A stretch of DNA of 64,000 bases from Terriglobia bacterium (lineage in GTDB: Bacteria; Acidobacteriota; Terriglobia; 20CM-2-55-15). The notes below the pieces were generated by a model. It searched no databases. It had not been told where the DNA came from and saw nothing but the letters and a program-made list of their open reading frames with translations. The stretch lies in contig CBDCLE010000002.1 in the NCBI GenBank assembly GCA_965218585.1, forward strand, positions 64,001 through 128,000, in the 5' to 3' direction. The translations under genes were made by a program, and so were the position numbers. This document shows positions 1 through 10,528 of this stretch, in pieces; position 1 is the first letter of the stretch, and each line of letters begins with the position of its first letter.

Positions 1-25
1 GTTTCTTCTCATTCCCGCGATCCTT

Positions 26-1057
26 ATGAGCCAGGAGGTAGCCCCCAACCTGCCACCGGCGCCGGAAGACTGGCCACCGCCAGCAATGTCATCGCCCGAA
101 CACCCGCTTCTGCCCCAACTACTGGCGATGTGTGAGGACCCGCCCCCTTTGCCCGGTGGCGGTGGGGGCGGACCGACCGAGCCCGCACCGGGACCCCGGG
201 ACTACACGGTGAGCGGGATTCCTGGAGTCATCGCTGCAGGCGAGCGGTGGCGGTTTCTCTGGCAGGAGGATAGAAACGTTGGCGACGGCATTGTTGGCGC
301 CGACGATGGAAGCCTGCTGATCGCGCAGGACAACAACAGTCAGGTCTTGAAACTTGAGACCGACGGGACCACTTCGGTTGAGTATTCGAATACCCGAACC
401 GGGGGCTCGCTCTCCATCAACAAGAACGGTGAGGTGTTCATGGTCCAGAGGGCCCTCCGGAGTGCGATCGTCCAGATGGCCCCGGTTCGAAGAATCCTCG
501 CGAATAATTATCGGGGTGGCCCGCTCGACTGCGTCGGCGGCAACCCCAACGATCTGACAGCCGACAGCAAGGGCGGAGCCTACTTCAGCCAGGGCGCGGT
601 CTACTATGCGGCACCGAACGGCATCATCACGCAGTACGGCGAGAACATTCGACCCAACGGGGTCATTTTGAGCGCCGATGAACAGACGCTCTACGTGACG
701 AACCGTCAGACGATTGCGGCGTTCGACGTCCAAACCGACGGTTCGCTGACCAACCAGCGCGTGTTCGCAACGCTCGAGGGCGGGGGCAACGGCGACGGAA
801 CGACGATCGACGGCGAAGGCCGTCTTTACGTCAGCACGAACCCGGGTGTTCAGGTAATCAGCCCGGAAAGCGAATACCTGGGAATCATTCCGACGCCGCG
901 CGGCATCATCAGCACGGCCTTTAGCGGACCCGACAAGCGGACGCTGTTCATCCTCGCCTGCGGCGCGTCCAATTCCGAAGGCGAGCAGATCCGCAACGCA
1001 GCGCAGGTCTATACGATCCCGATGATCGCACAAGGCTATCTGGGCCGCCCGAAATAG
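26..1057 (+). CDS. SMP-30/gluconolactonase/LRE family beta-propeller protein (may start upstream of the window)
   Basis: Motifs PNDLTADSKGGAYFS, RPNGVILSADEQTLYV and GDGTTIDGEGRLYV. Confidence 0.85.
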   Translation: MSQEVAPNLPPAPEDWPPPAMSSPEHPLLPQLLAMCEDPPPLPGGGGGGPTEPAPGPRDYTVSGIPGVIAAGERWRFLWQEDRNVGDGIVGADDGSLLIAQDNNSQVLKLETDGTTSVEYSNTRTGGSLSINKNGEVFMVQRALRSAIVQMAPVRRILANNYRGGPLDCVGGNPNDLTADSKGGAYFSQGAVYYAAPNGIITQYGENIRPNGVILSADEQTLYVTNRQTIAAFDVQTDGSLTNQRVFATLEGGGNGDGTTIDGEGRLYVSTNPGVQVISPESEYLGIIPTPRGIISTAFSGPDKRTLFILACGASNSEGEQIRNAAQVYTIPMIAQGYLGRPK

Positions 1058-1085
1058 ACCGAGCAACAACTTACTTATCCGCACG

Positions 1086-1112
1086 AGGGGGCCGGCCTGA
1101 AAGCCCCCTTTT
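1086..1112 (+). terminator. Probable intrinsic terminator
   Basis: AGGGGGC...GCCCCCT hairpin followed by a T run, ~30 nt after the stop codon. Confidence 0.55.
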
Positions 1113-1196
1113 GTGTGTCTGGTCGTCGAGTGCGAGTTGGGGGACGGGACCTGATATGAACCCGACTCCCCCGAACATGGTGTCAGGATCGACACC

Positions 1197-1931
1197 ATGC
1201 GGAGCCTGTTCCCATCGCGCTACATCGCCTTCGATATAGAAACAGCCAAGATATTGCCCGAAGGTGCCTCGGAAATTCTAGCTTACCGGCCCCTCGGCAT
1301 CAGCTGCGCCGCGGCGTGTTTGACTGACACGGGTGAAACTATGACATGGCATGGAAACGCTGCGTCCGGGGAGCCGGCCCCTCAGATGTCGTCGGACGAA
1401 GCAACAGCCATGGTGGATGACCTCCGACGCTACGTGAACGAGGGCTACACGCTCGTCACATGGAACGGCACGGGGTTCGATTTCGACATACTGGCCGAGG
1501 AATCCGGAAGGTACGCCGAGTGCGCTGAACTGGCCGCCCATCACGTCGACATGCTCTTCCATGCCGTCTGCGTTCTGGGCCATCCCATCAGCCTCCAGAA
1601 AGCCGCCGAAGGAATGGAGATCAGGGGCAAGCTGGCCGAGATGAGTGGAGCAGAAGCACCTCATGCATGGGCTTCGGGTCGTTACAAGGAGGTCCTTGCC
1701 TACGTCACCCAGGACGCCGCGGTCACAGCACAGCTTGCGACTCTCTGTGAAGAGAGGGACGAACTTGCGTGGATCACTCGGCGGGAACAACGCCGGGCCA
1801 TGCCTCTACCCAAAGGCTGGCTGACGGTAGAACAGGCCATAGAGTTACCGCTGCCGGATACGTCATGGATGAGCGACCCGCCCCGTCGTGATCGGTATAC
1901 CGGGTGGATGGATTCCCAACCCGTACGGTAG
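1197..1931 (+). CDS. RNase H-like / DnaQ-like (DEDD) 3'-5' exonuclease domain protein
   Basis: ExoI AFDIET, ExoII TWNGTGFDF, ExoIII YVTQD. Confidence 0.8.
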   Translation: MRSLFPSRYIAFDIETAKILPEGASEILAYRPLGISCAAACLTDTGETMTWHGNAASGEPAPQMSSDEATAMVDDLRRYVNEGYTLVTWNGTGFDFDILAEESGRYAECAELAAHHVDMLFHAVCVLGHPISLQKAAEGMEIRGKLAEMSGAEAPHAWASGRYKEVLAYVTQDAAVTAQLATLCEERDELAWITRREQRRAMPLPKGWLTVEQAIELPLPDTSWMSDPPRRDRYTGWMDSQPVR

Positions 1932-2174
1932 AAAAGCGCGAGCGGCGAGGGCCCTATGCACCGGAACGGGCGTAAACAGACGTCGGAATAACCACTTCCG
2001 GAAACTTCCGTAGCAGCTCCCTGTCAGAACTGACGAGCTTCGATCCTCGCTTGACAGCGAGCGCGACGAAGAACGTGTCTTAGACCGCGACATTTCGGGC
2101 CACAGCGAATTCAAGCGCCTGTTCCCTCAACTGTGACGCGGAGACAACCTCGGGCACCTCGCGTCCGCCTCGAC

Positions 2175-5100
2175 CTAATAAGTCGGAAAATCGGATAGCC
2201 ACTCATACTTCGTGTCCCTAAACAGGTCGGGATGCGCCACTAGCACGAGTTTCTTGCGGGCACGTGTCATGGCGACGTTAAAACGGCGGTCGTCGAAGAC
2301 GAAGCTGCTCCCGCGAGACCGGACCAGAGACAGGATAATCACGTCGCGTTCTCCGCCCTGGAAGCGCTCGACGGTATCGACCATCACACCGGTGCCGTCC
2401 AGCAACTGCCGCAGCAAGACGACCTGTGCGCGGAACGGCGATATCACACCGATACTCTCGGGTGGCGCATGTTCGGAGATTGAACGAACCAGATCTTTGA
2501 CCACACGGGCTTCGGCCCGATTTGCGCGGCCCTCGGAAACCGTATCAACGGGAACGAAGGACATTGGCTGGCCCATCGGTGGCTGACGTTCGCCGGCGTC
2601 GATTCCGGCTCTCAATGCACCGTCGTAATATAAACGGTTCGAAACGCTCATGATCTCCGGATGCATCCGATACTGGACATCGAGCAGCGTCATTCGATCC
2701 CGATGACCTGGTAAAACTTCATTTTTCAATCGTTCGAACAAAGAGGACTTCAGGCCGCTGGTGCGTACGACAGGTGGGAGTTGCTTATCGTCGCCAATCA
2801 ACACGAAGCGCCGGGCACGCATGACCAAGCCCAGCGTGAGGGGTTCGGTCAATTGTGCCGCCTCGTCGATCAGCGTCATTTCGAAGGAACGTCCGCGCAG
2901 ATAGGGGTGGCTCGACCCGCGGTGCGCTGTCGCAGCGACGAGCGGAATCTGATCCAGACGGCGACGTAGTTGTTTCGGACTCCGAATAATGTTTGCCAGG
3001 TCTTCGCTGAAATACTCGGGGGCACGCTCCCCGAGTCGGCGGGCAAGTTCGGGAGAATCCTTCGACCGACCCATCCTCAGGAACGGTGTTTCGGGATGCA
3101 CGTCCAATACGGACAGCAACATCTTGTCGAGCGCCGTGTTCGTGAAAGCGCCGAGGAGGACGCTACCGGAAACATGGCTAACGATCTCGGGTACGACCCG
3201 TGTCTTCCCTGTCCCCGGCGGTCCCCAGATGAGATGGAACACCGGACATCCAACGGCTCTCTGGACCGCCTGGACCTGACTCGGATTCAGACGGGACGTT
3301 AAACCGGACCGACTTCCATCGATGTCGGCTTCGTCAACTGTCCGCTCAGCAACGACGGCGTCCAGATCCCCAAGGACGACACGTCTGGATGGACTGGGGG
3401 GAGCGCGAAGAAAATCGAACAACGCCGTCTGGCTGACAATCGAAGTTTGATCCGATGGAAAACGGTCGATCGTCCACGAACCCTTTCCCAGCGTGTCTTC
3501 AGAAATATTGTTGAGGGGGATCCGGACACTGACCTGGTGGGCGTCCACCGACCGCACGTAGCCGTGATAGGAAGGTGTGCTCGATATGGCTCCTGAATGG
3601 ACCAGAACACGGTCACCCACACCGAGGTCGGACGTGTTTTCCTCGAACTCGAATCTGAAAAGGCCCGACTCCATTCCCACCGGACGAGCATCACAAATCG
3701 TCTTGAAGTTCCGGACACGGTAGCCCAACCGGCTGTCATCAAGGAGATCGGCAAGATCCTGATCGGCGTAATCGCGTTCGCGCTGCACCAGTCGTGAAAA
3801 CCTTCGGTAGTAAGCCAGGTCGGAGGGGTCCTCCTCAGGCTTAAGCAGGTGGGACACATCTCCGAACGTCTGGGAATCTTCCTGGCATCTGGATTTCGTC
3901 CACGACATACACGCTCCGCATACTTCGTCGTCGTAACCGGCGTAAGGCAATCGGACGTGAGGCTCCTCACGGCCAAGATCATTCGCGTGCGCTACGAATC
4001 GGTTCCGCGCTTCGAGAACGTGGAGAAAATCCGCATCTGTCTTAAGCGGCGTGCTGGTGCCGTCATGAGAAGAGAGCAGCCGGGAGGTCAATTTGATCGG
4101 GTCCTCTTTCCGGACCCGTGCTCGACGCACGTAGTCAGAGAACAAGAGTCGATAGATGAAAAGCTGGGCGTGGTCTTCCGGCCGAATGCGTTTGCCGGTC
4201 TTCAATTCAACGATGTCCAACCCGTCTTCGCCCTTGAACACAGCGTCGATCCGGCCCTGGATGCCAATCGTCGCCGAATAGCGCCGCAGTTCCACTTGAG
4301 GGTCACGGCGCATGTGAGGGTTGAGGTCGACGAATTCCTTGAGAGTCCGCGCATGCCGGAAGACGTCTTGAGTGAATGTCTCTTCGTCAAACAGATCATC
4401 AGCGATTGATGCCAACTGGACCAGAAAATCGGGCAGGACCTTTCGATAGCACGCCTCCAGATCATCTTCGCCCTCGATGATCCTGTCCAGTATCGAATGG
4501 ACAACCATGCCCTTGAGAGTGTGCACGGTGACGTCTCCCCGGCCTTTGCGGATCTGGTCGATCTGTGGCTTGGGACAAGCAAGGCTCCGGGCTACTGTTG
4601 TGGCGTTCACCTGGCGGAGCGGTTCGAGGACGAAGAACGTGTCGGCAGATGTTATGAAGTCAGTCGCCGTGTCCGGAACAAGGTTGTATGCCGCTATACG
4701 AGCGTGAACCCATAAATAAGGCACGATGAAACAGGCCGAAGGGTTGACCGAAGAGCGCGCGTGCACTTCGATTTCGCGATCACGCAACTCGCCGCTGGTG
4801 ACCTGCGCCTGGAAAGAGGCCTCCCACCCGTCATCTGACCGGACAAGCGAACCGACACGTAGTATGCGCGCTTCCGGTATGACAACACGGTTACTGTCTT
4901 CACTCTGGGAAGGAGATGCGGCTTCCAGAACAGGGGGATTGCGATCGAGAATCCCGTAGAGACCGGTAACGACCTCGTCGATGGATTCGTAGTCTCCGGC
5001 CAGTGCCCGCCAAACCACCTGGGCCAGATACCTTGAGACACCGTGCTCCGGCCCCATCAGGGTCTGAGGGTCCTTCCGGAACGCATCCCCCGATACGTTC

Positions 5101-5201
5101 CCGCCAGTCAACACCTCCAACATCGAAAGACCGGCTTGTTCAACACCCATACCCGGCGTCGAAGAGAGGGTCTCAATGAGGCTGGCAACGGGAGATGGCA
5201 T
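2175..5201 (-). CDS. Dna2-like nuclease-helicase: Cas4/RecB-like PD-(D/E)xK Fe-S nuclease fused to an SF1 UPF1/Dna2-type helicase
   Basis: GMVVHSIL, GRIDAV..IVELKTG, HAQLFIY; Cys in SLACP plus CGAC..C; helicase motifs GPPGTGKT, DEAAQ, GDDKQLPP, QYRM, TVERFQGGERD, NVAMTRAR. Confidence 0.85.
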   Translation of the reverse strand: MPSPVASLIETLSSTPGMGVEQAGLSMLEVLTGGNVSGDAFRKDPQTLMGPEHGVSRYLAQVVWRALAGDYESIDEVVTGLYGILDRNPPVLEAASPSQSEDSNRVVIPEARILRVGSLVRSDDGWEASFQAQVTSGELRDREIEVHARSSVNPSACFIVPYLWVHARIAAYNLVPDTATDFITSADTFFVLEPLRQVNATTVARSLACPKPQIDQIRKGRGDVTVHTLKGMVVHSILDRIIEGEDDLEACYRKVLPDFLVQLASIADDLFDEETFTQDVFRHARTLKEFVDLNPHMRRDPQVELRRYSATIGIQGRIDAVFKGEDGLDIVELKTGKRIRPEDHAQLFIYRLLFSDYVRRARVRKEDPIKLTSRLLSSHDGTSTPLKTDADFLHVLEARNRFVAHANDLGREEPHVRLPYAGYDDEVCGACMSWTKSRCQEDSQTFGDVSHLLKPEEDPSDLAYYRRFSRLVQRERDYADQDLADLLDDSRLGYRVRNFKTICDARPVGMESGLFRFEFEENTSDLGVGDRVLVHSGAISSTPSYHGYVRSVDAHQVSVRIPLNNISEDTLGKGSWTIDRFPSDQTSIVSQTALFDFLRAPPSPSRRVVLGDLDAVVAERTVDEADIDGSRSGLTSRLNPSQVQAVQRAVGCPVFHLIWGPPGTGKTRVVPEIVSHVSGSVLLGAFTNTALDKMLLSVLDVHPETPFLRMGRSKDSPELARRLGERAPEYFSEDLANIIRSPKQLRRRLDQIPLVAATAHRGSSHPYLRGRSFEMTLIDEAAQLTEPLTLGLVMRARRFVLIGDDKQLPPVVRTSGLKSSLFERLKNEVLPGHRDRMTLLDVQYRMHPEIMSVSNRLYYDGALRAGIDAGERQPPMGQPMSFVPVDTVSEGRANRAEARVVKDLVRSISEHAPPESIGVISPFRAQVVLLRQLLDGTGVMVDTVERFQGGERDVIILSLVRSRGSSFVFDDRRFNVAMTRARKKLVLVAHPDLFRDTKYEWLSDFPTY

Positions 5202-5445
5202 CGATGATCAGGTTACACGTGTTGGACCCATTGGTTGCCCGGATTTCGCAGATGGACCGGGCTTGCGCAGATTATGCGTTCTTATTGGTGAGGGACGACG
5301 GAAGTGAATCTGGTGGATCTTCAATTTTGGACACCGGAGCCGTCTCACGAAACCGCAACCGTGCTCAAATCCCTGATGGCAGCAAAGGGTATTCCGGTGT
5401 CCTCACCTGAACAAAACGTCACTCAGAAATGGGAGTCATGGTTCA

Positions 5446-6318
5446 CTAGTCGTTGAATTTCGCCGGCGTTGTATCGTCCGGGTACGGATTATTGAACGTC
5501 TGATACAGCTCGGTCAGTCCCGCATCGGGGTCACAGTCCCAGGTCTCAATCGGGTCCTCGTCGGTCCGCTCCAGCATCCCGGTGAACACGAACGGGGCTT
5601 TCAAGAAAAGCGGATCTTCCACCGTGATCTCCAGTTCCATAGTGTCAATCCCCGTAAGGGTGTATCGCTCCGTAAATCGCGCCAGATGGGATCGTGCGAT
5701 GTGGGAAAGATCGTCATAGCCGTCCGGGTCCCACGTCAAGTTCGTAGTCTCGACGACGAAGGTGTCGCCATCCATCCAGCCCAGGGAATGCCCGTGAGAA
5801 TACAGCTCCGAGGCTGGCGGATGTTTCCGCCCGTCCATCCAGATCCAGCGCCACCAGTTGGACTGCTCGTAGTGCATGACAAGCGCGTCTGGTCTTTTGG
5901 AGAAAGTTCTCAAGTAACCTTCGGTCAGAACGGTGCCGAGGCTCGCCTTGGCGCAGGCCCATTTCGGCGATATCGCGTCGTCTCCCTGTGAGAATTCCAA
6001 CCAGGCACGGCCTCGCCCGTTTAACATCGCTTCCAGCTCGTCGGCCGGCCACTGACAGAGAAACTCGCCGGGTGCCCCGGGCAGTATGCGCGGGTTGCCG
6101 TAGGAATCTAGACGGGAACCGCAACTCTGTCTCCCGGTTCGCCAGTCCCAGGTGCCGACAAACGCGAACGGCACGTCCGAGATCGTCGGGATCCTGTCGA
6201 GATCGAAGACCTGAGCTGACGCGTCGGTTGCGCCCGTCATGACGACGGCTGCTAAAAACGCAACACTCAGAGTTGCTTTCAAGATCGGCCTGTAGGATTT
6301 GCCCTTAGTAGAATCCAT
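5446..6318 (-). CDS. Exported hypothetical protein of the DUF6152-partner family
   Basis: Signal peptide; RWIWMDGR, GHSLGWMDGDTFVVETT, ERY, WDC; paralogous to 28969, 29731, 38737, 46055. Confidence 0.75.
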   Translation of the reverse strand: MDSTKGKSYRPILKATLSVAFLAAVVMTGATDASAQVFDLDRIPTISDVPFAFVGTWDWRTGRQSCGSRLDSYGNPRILPGAPGEFLCQWPADELEAMLNGRGRAWLEFSQGDDAISPKWACAKASLGTVLTEGYLRTFSKRPDALVMHYEQSNWWRWIWMDGRKHPPASELYSHGHSLGWMDGDTFVVETTNLTWDPDGYDDLSHIARSHLARFTERYTLTGIDTMELEITVEDPLFLKAPFVFTGMLERTDEDPIETWDCDPDAGLTELYQTFNNPYPDDTTPAKFND

Positions 6319-6547
6319 GTTTCATTCTCCCTTTTGAGCTGCAAGATGCTGTCAACTTAGGTTCCCGCGGATTGCGGTCACTTGCCCGGTGTATACCCCT
6401 TGCAATATGGACTGTCAAGGACACCGTGCTTGCTGTCAGAGGAAAGCCCTTGACACCCACCATGCGCCTTGGTCTGATACGCTCGCATCGTCTCTAACTC
6501 AATGGGTATCGTCAGGGTGAAACAGGCTGGCGCAGAAGGAGAGAATC

Positions 6548-7426
6548 ATGTGCGACGAAGAAACAGTTAAAGACGCAAACAAATACCTCGAGAGCTCGGG
6601 GAAACTGACGCGGCGACAGTTCGGCACACTATCGGCCGCGGCCGGGTTGGCCATGATCTTGCCGAAGGCGGCCGATGCTCAGGCGGTTATGGAAACAGAC
6701 GTGAATGTTCCAACGCCTGACGGAACGGCCGACTGCTACTTCGTGCACCCGTCGAACGGTCAATACCCCGGCGTGATTATCTGGCCGGACATTCTCGGCC
6801 TGCGCCCCGCCTTCAGGATGATGGGAAAACGGCTCGCTGAATCGGGCTATTCCGTCCTGGTCGTCAATCCTTTCTATCGCGGGAGCAAGGCTCCTGTTGT
6901 CCCCGAAGGCGCGAGCTTTCAGGACGAAAAGACTCGCAACATCGTCATGCCGCTGGCGAGGTCGTTGAACGCTGAAACCCACATGACCGACGCCCGGGCC
7001 TTTGTCAGTTTCCTGGACCGGCAGACCCCCGTCGATACGAACCGGGGAATCGGAACGACGGGTTACTGCATGGGTGGGCCGATTGTGATGCGTACCGCAG
7101 CTGCAGTTCCTGGACGCGTGGGGGCCGGTGCGTCCTTCCACGGTGGAGGGTTGGTGACCGACGCGCCCGATAGCCCGCATCTGCTGGTCCCCGATATGGA
7201 CGCGCAGTTCCTGTTTGCGATCGCTGCCAACGACGACGAGAGTGATCCGGAAGCAAAGAACGTACTCCGGGAAACGTATAGCGACGCAGGACTAAAGGCA
7301 GAAATCGAGGTTTACGAGGGTGCCCTGCATGGCTGGTGTCCGCCGGATTCGGCCGTGTACAACGAGGTCCAGGCAGAACGAGCGTGGAGCCGCCTGCTGG
7401 TCCTCTTTGAGTCTGCTTTGGCCTAG
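6548..7426 (+). CDS. Dienelactone hydrolase family protein, Tat-exported
   Basis: TRRQF Tat motif; GYCMGG nucleophile; HGW; RBS AAGGAG. Confidence 0.9.
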   Translation: MCDEETVKDANKYLESSGKLTRRQFGTLSAAAGLAMILPKAADAQAVMETDVNVPTPDGTADCYFVHPSNGQYPGVIIWPDILGLRPAFRMMGKRLAESGYSVLVVNPFYRGSKAPVVPEGASFQDEKTRNIVMPLARSLNAETHMTDARAFVSFLDRQTPVDTNRGIGTTGYCMGGPIVMRTAAAVPGRVGAGASFHGGGLVTDAPDSPHLLVPDMDAQFLFAIAANDDESDPEAKNVLRETYSDAGLKAEIEVYEGALHGWCPPDSAVYNEVQAERAWSRLLVLFESALA

Positions 7427-7498
7427 CTAAAAGGATGGAATCGGGAACGCAACCGAAGTGTGAGACAATCCACCTCATTAGAGAGGGGAGGTTTGACG

Positions 7499-8218
7499 AT
7501 GGCTATCTCACGACGTAAAGCAATCGCTATTTCGGGCTCGACGCTGGCAGGGTTGTCTCTGGGTGTAGTCAAGCCAGAAGCCTTGGCAGCCCGGGTCGCA
7601 CAACAGGAAGACTGGCCGGACCAACTGGTGGAACGCCCGATGAGGGACGGTTTCCCCGCGCCTCTTCCACTCAACCCGGACGGTTCGGCGCCGGAACACC
7701 CCGAGAGCGAAGCCGGCCCCATCACAGACCCGCTCATGTGGCGTACTGCGGACCGCCAGGCGCCTGAAATCGAATTCGACTACCGGCAGATGGCGATCCG
7801 CGTGGACACCCGCGGGATGGCCCGGCTGGGTGGAACCCTGCGCTTTTCAGATCTCGAGGTGTTGCCGGTGGTCTCGAACACATTTCTCCTGCAGTGCGGG
7901 GCACCGAACCCGCGCGGAATAGTGAAGTGGACCGGCGTTCGCTTCTCGGACTTTGCCGACGTGCTGGGCCTGCTGCCCGAAGTGCACTATTGCCGGGTTA
8001 TGGGATCGGACGGGCGTTACGCTGACGAAACTGTGGAAACGCTTCGGCACCCGCAGGTGATGCTTGCGTGGATGATGAACGACGAACCGATTCCCCCAAG
8101 GCATGGAGCACCGCTTCGCCTCATCGTTCCTTTCCGGTACGGAGCCCGAAGCATTAAAGCGATTACCGAGTTCACCTTTTCGAGCCCGGCCCTTCCTGCA
8201 CCACCGCAGGCAGGCTGA
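7499..8218 (+). CDS. Molybdopterin-dependent oxidoreductase (sulfite oxidase/MsrP-like catalytic domain), Tat-exported
   Basis: SRRKA Tat motif; LQC Mo-ligand Cys; WTGV; HGAPLRLIVP..YG.RSIK. Confidence 0.85.
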   Translation: MAISRRKAIAISGSTLAGLSLGVVKPEALAARVAQQEDWPDQLVERPMRDGFPAPLPLNPDGSAPEHPESEAGPITDPLMWRTADRQAPEIEFDYRQMAIRVDTRGMARLGGTLRFSDLEVLPVVSNTFLLQCGAPNPRGIVKWTGVRFSDFADVLGLLPEVHYCRVMGSDGRYADETVETLRHPQVMLAWMMNDEPIPPRHGAPLRLIVPFRYGARSIKAITEFTFSSPALPAPPQAG

Positions 8219-8258
8219 CGGGCGGGTCAGAGGGCGGCGAAACATCAGGAAGCTTAAA

Positions 8259-8291
8259 TAGGGACATAGGGCTCTGACCCCTATGTCCCTA
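8259..8291. repeat. REP-like inverted repeat / bidirectional terminator between convergent genes
   Basis: TAGGGACATAGGG-ctctgac-CCCTATGTCCCTA, 13-bp perfect stem. Confidence 0.7.
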
Positions 8292-8984
8292 ATTGACTCC
8301 GCAGCGGGCTGCCAATTCCCTGCTGGTCAACCAGAACTGCCCGGTGATGACCCGCTGGCCGACGACCGGCTGGTAGAGACCTTCCAGTGTCCCCATGTTC
8401 CAGACCGTGACGGGTGAGGCGCCAACGTTGAGGTCCCACTCACCGGCCTCGTTATAGGTAACACCCGGCAGCGGATACCGGAAGGCGGGCGAATGAGAGC
8501 CGAAGGGAACAGCCGGTCCCATGCCGTGGACACGACTCAACAGTTGTTCCGTGTCACCGAAAGTTTCCGCATCATCGAACAAGACCTGGATGGCGCCGAC
8601 GCTCTCCTCGCAGAAGAGGAGATTGACCTGTTCGACTGTAAGATCTTCTGCAAACAGAAACGTCACAAGTCCCCGTCCGAAATTGGATTCCGAGAGCGGC
8701 ACCGTGTTGGTGGAAGGCAGGTTCTCCGGGGGCTCCAACGCCCCCTCGAGTCCGAGCGCCTCGTCCGGGGCCGTGGCCTCGAGTTCCCGGATCAGAGTTC
8801 GGTTCCAACCTTCGAGATGCCCCATAGCAGCGTCGAAGTCCGAATCGAGCAAGTCGCGCAAAACCCCTATGTTATCGATCTGCGCACCGGTTGAGACCGG
8901 AGGGTGCGAAACCAGGACTACCAACGCCGTAAGCAGTAGCAGCCTTCTTCCGAAACGCGTTTGTGTGTGCAGTGTGCGTTGCAT
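8289..8984 (-). CDS. Exported hypothetical protein
   Basis: MQRTLH start followed by a signal-like segment; the ORF extension to 9113 runs into the IS end and is an artefact. Confidence 0.6.
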   Translation of the reverse strand: MQRTLHTQTRFGRRLLLLTALVVLVSHPPVSTGAQIDNIGVLRDLLDSDFDAAMGHLEGWNRTLIRELEATAPDEALGLEGALEPPENLPSTNTVPLSESNFGRGLVTFLFAEDLTVEQVNLLFCEESVGAIQVLFDDAETFGDTEQLLSRVHGMGPAVPFGSHSPAFRYPLPGVTYNEAGEWDLNVGASPVTVWNMGTLEGLYQPVVGQRVITGQFWLTSRELAARCGVN

Positions 8985-9075
8985 TGGAACATGCCGTCGG
9001 GATGCAGAAATTCGGTACTGGTCTAGTTTGAATTTCACTGGAGGGACTGCCGCCAAGTCGTGAGACAATGGCTGC

Positions 9076-9330
9076 ATGCCAGAACCGCGCAAGAATAAGC
9101 GGCCCCGCGACATGAACCAGCTTGCCTACCAGATCGTCCAGGAAGCGACGGGGCAAGCCCCACCAGAACAACCGGATACCCGCAACCCTGCTGCTGTCGC
9201 GCTTGCAAAGCTGGGAGCTTCAAAGGGAGGGAAGGCTAGAGCTGAGAAACTCAGCCCGCTGAAACGGAAGCAGATCGCGAAGAAAGCGGCTCAAGCTCGC
9301 TGGGGACAGCAACAAAATGATACGGATTAG
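9076..9330 (+). CDS. Small basic protein (often labelled histone H1-like), IS passenger
   Basis: RPRDMNQLA..NPAAVALAKLG.SKGGKARAEKLS..R..IAKKAA.ARW; lies inside the TIRs. Confidence 0.8.
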   Translation: MPEPRKNKRPRDMNQLAYQIVQEATGQAPPEQPDTRNPAAVALAKLGASKGGKARAEKLSPLKRKQIAKKAAQARWGQQQNDTD

Positions 9331-9839
9331 CGTTGCTTACGCGGTGCCGATACGCCAGCCCGCATCCTAGGGGTTGCTACTCCAGCGACACTCGCTATCA
9401 GATCACTTCGGAACAGTTTTTTCAATTGTCCAGTTTTACTGATCCTGACAACGAACGGTCGCGCCTGACTATTCGCTAAATTTAGAAGTCGTTCTTGGTT
9501 CACAGTCAGCATCGAGGCCCAGTGTCTTGGCCCAAGACTGTTGTCATTCAGGACGACAAAGAACGCCTTTGAACGAACTATCGTATCTCTATAAAGGCGT
9601 TCTGCCGCTCGGTCTGCACTGATTATCAGCCAGCCACGGCTTGCCACGTCAGCGATCCACACGTCATCATCTTCGTCGTGCTCAAAGTGATCGTAGTGCG
9701 GTTCGATCTTAAAGCCAACACCAGTGAGATGCTCGACCAATTCACTGCCAGTGATGTTGCGGTCCGTGAAGAATACGGTGTCTCGTTTCAGGTCTTCAAG
9801 AAGCGATAGACGCGAACCGGATCGCTGTTTCGATGTCAT
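9327..9839 (-). CDS. PIN-like domain toxin (VapC45-like)
   Basis: FFTDRNI, DDVWI, WLIISAD acidic PIN motifs; overlaps the antitoxin 3' end. Confidence 0.8.
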   Translation of the reverse strand: MTSKQRSGSRLSLLEDLKRDTVFFTDRNITGSELVEHLTGVGFKIEPHYDHFEHDEDDDVWIADVASRGWLIISADRAAERLYRDTIVRSKAFFVVLNDNSLGPRHWASMLTVNQERLLNLANSQARPFVVRISKTGQLKKLFRSDLIASVAGVATPRMRAGVSAPRKQR

Positions 9840-10458
9840 TCGACCCAATATGGTAGTCCTGAGCTAGCTTTCCGACTGATTCGCCCAGCCGATGCCGGTC
9901 TGCGATAACGGACACGAGCACACCGCTCTGTTTAACGCTTGGGCGACCCGATGAAACATTCGGATTCATTACGACGACGGTTTCTTCAATCAGCGGAGGA
10001 TAGAACCTCGACGGTATATTCGATGGGTCGAGGTCAATCCTCTGAAGATACTTCTGAAACATCGGAAGAAGTCTTTGACCCTGATTCTTGACGCTTGCAC
10101 TCACGTACTCTCCGTGCACGTCATCCGCGATTGCTTGGACATAGACTCTGCCACTGCCCAAATAGAATCTTCGATCTATCAGAGGGCGAGAACTTCCAAG
10201 TTGCTCGCTCACGTAATCAATGACGGAGCGCATGTGCTGGATCGATACATTGCCCTTTGCTCGTGCGAAATCTAGTACGTAGAGTTCGACCAAATTGAAA
10301 AAAGACAAAAAATGGGAGTTGTCCACCTGGATGAGCGGGCCGTATTGGTCACCTCGACCGAAGGCCCAGTAACGAACCGTGGATACAGGAATTCCAAGGT
10401 ACCGGGAGGCCTCTTGTGCCGTGTATGTGGGCGTATTTCTTCGATCTATCGTTCTCAT
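9796..10458 (-). CDS. DUF433-containing HTH antitoxin (VapB45-like); alternative start up to 10494
   Basis: YTAQEASRYLGIPVSTVRYW HTH; LSFFNLVE; NPNVSSGRP..SGV..GES...LAQDY DUF433. Confidence 0.85.
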   Translation of the reverse strand: MRTIDRRNTPTYTAQEASRYLGIPVSTVRYWAFGRGDQYGPLIQVDNSHFLSFFNLVELYVLDFARAKGNVSIQHMRSVIDYVSEQLGSSRPLIDRRFYLGSGRVYVQAIADDVHGEYVSASVKNQGQRLLPMFQKYLQRIDLDPSNIPSRFYPPLIEETVVVMNPNVSSGRPSVKQSGVLVSVIADRHRLGESVGKLAQDYHIGSNDIETAIRFASIAS

Positions 10459-10495
10459 CACCAGAGAATGTACAACTGAAAGTTGCATGGACACA

Positions 10496-10528
10496 CCTCT
10501 CTGCTATACTCAGGAAATAGCAGAGAGG
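10496..10528. promoter_or_regulatory. 12-bp perfect inverted repeat upstream of the TA operon (candidate operator or hairpin)
   Basis: CCTCTCTGCTAT-N9-ATAGCAGAGAGG. Confidence 0.45.

Noticed and set aside
2175-5201. Cas4-like domain as evidence of CRISPR-Cas
   Set aside because: It is fused to a Dna2-type helicase; no cas1/cas2 or array
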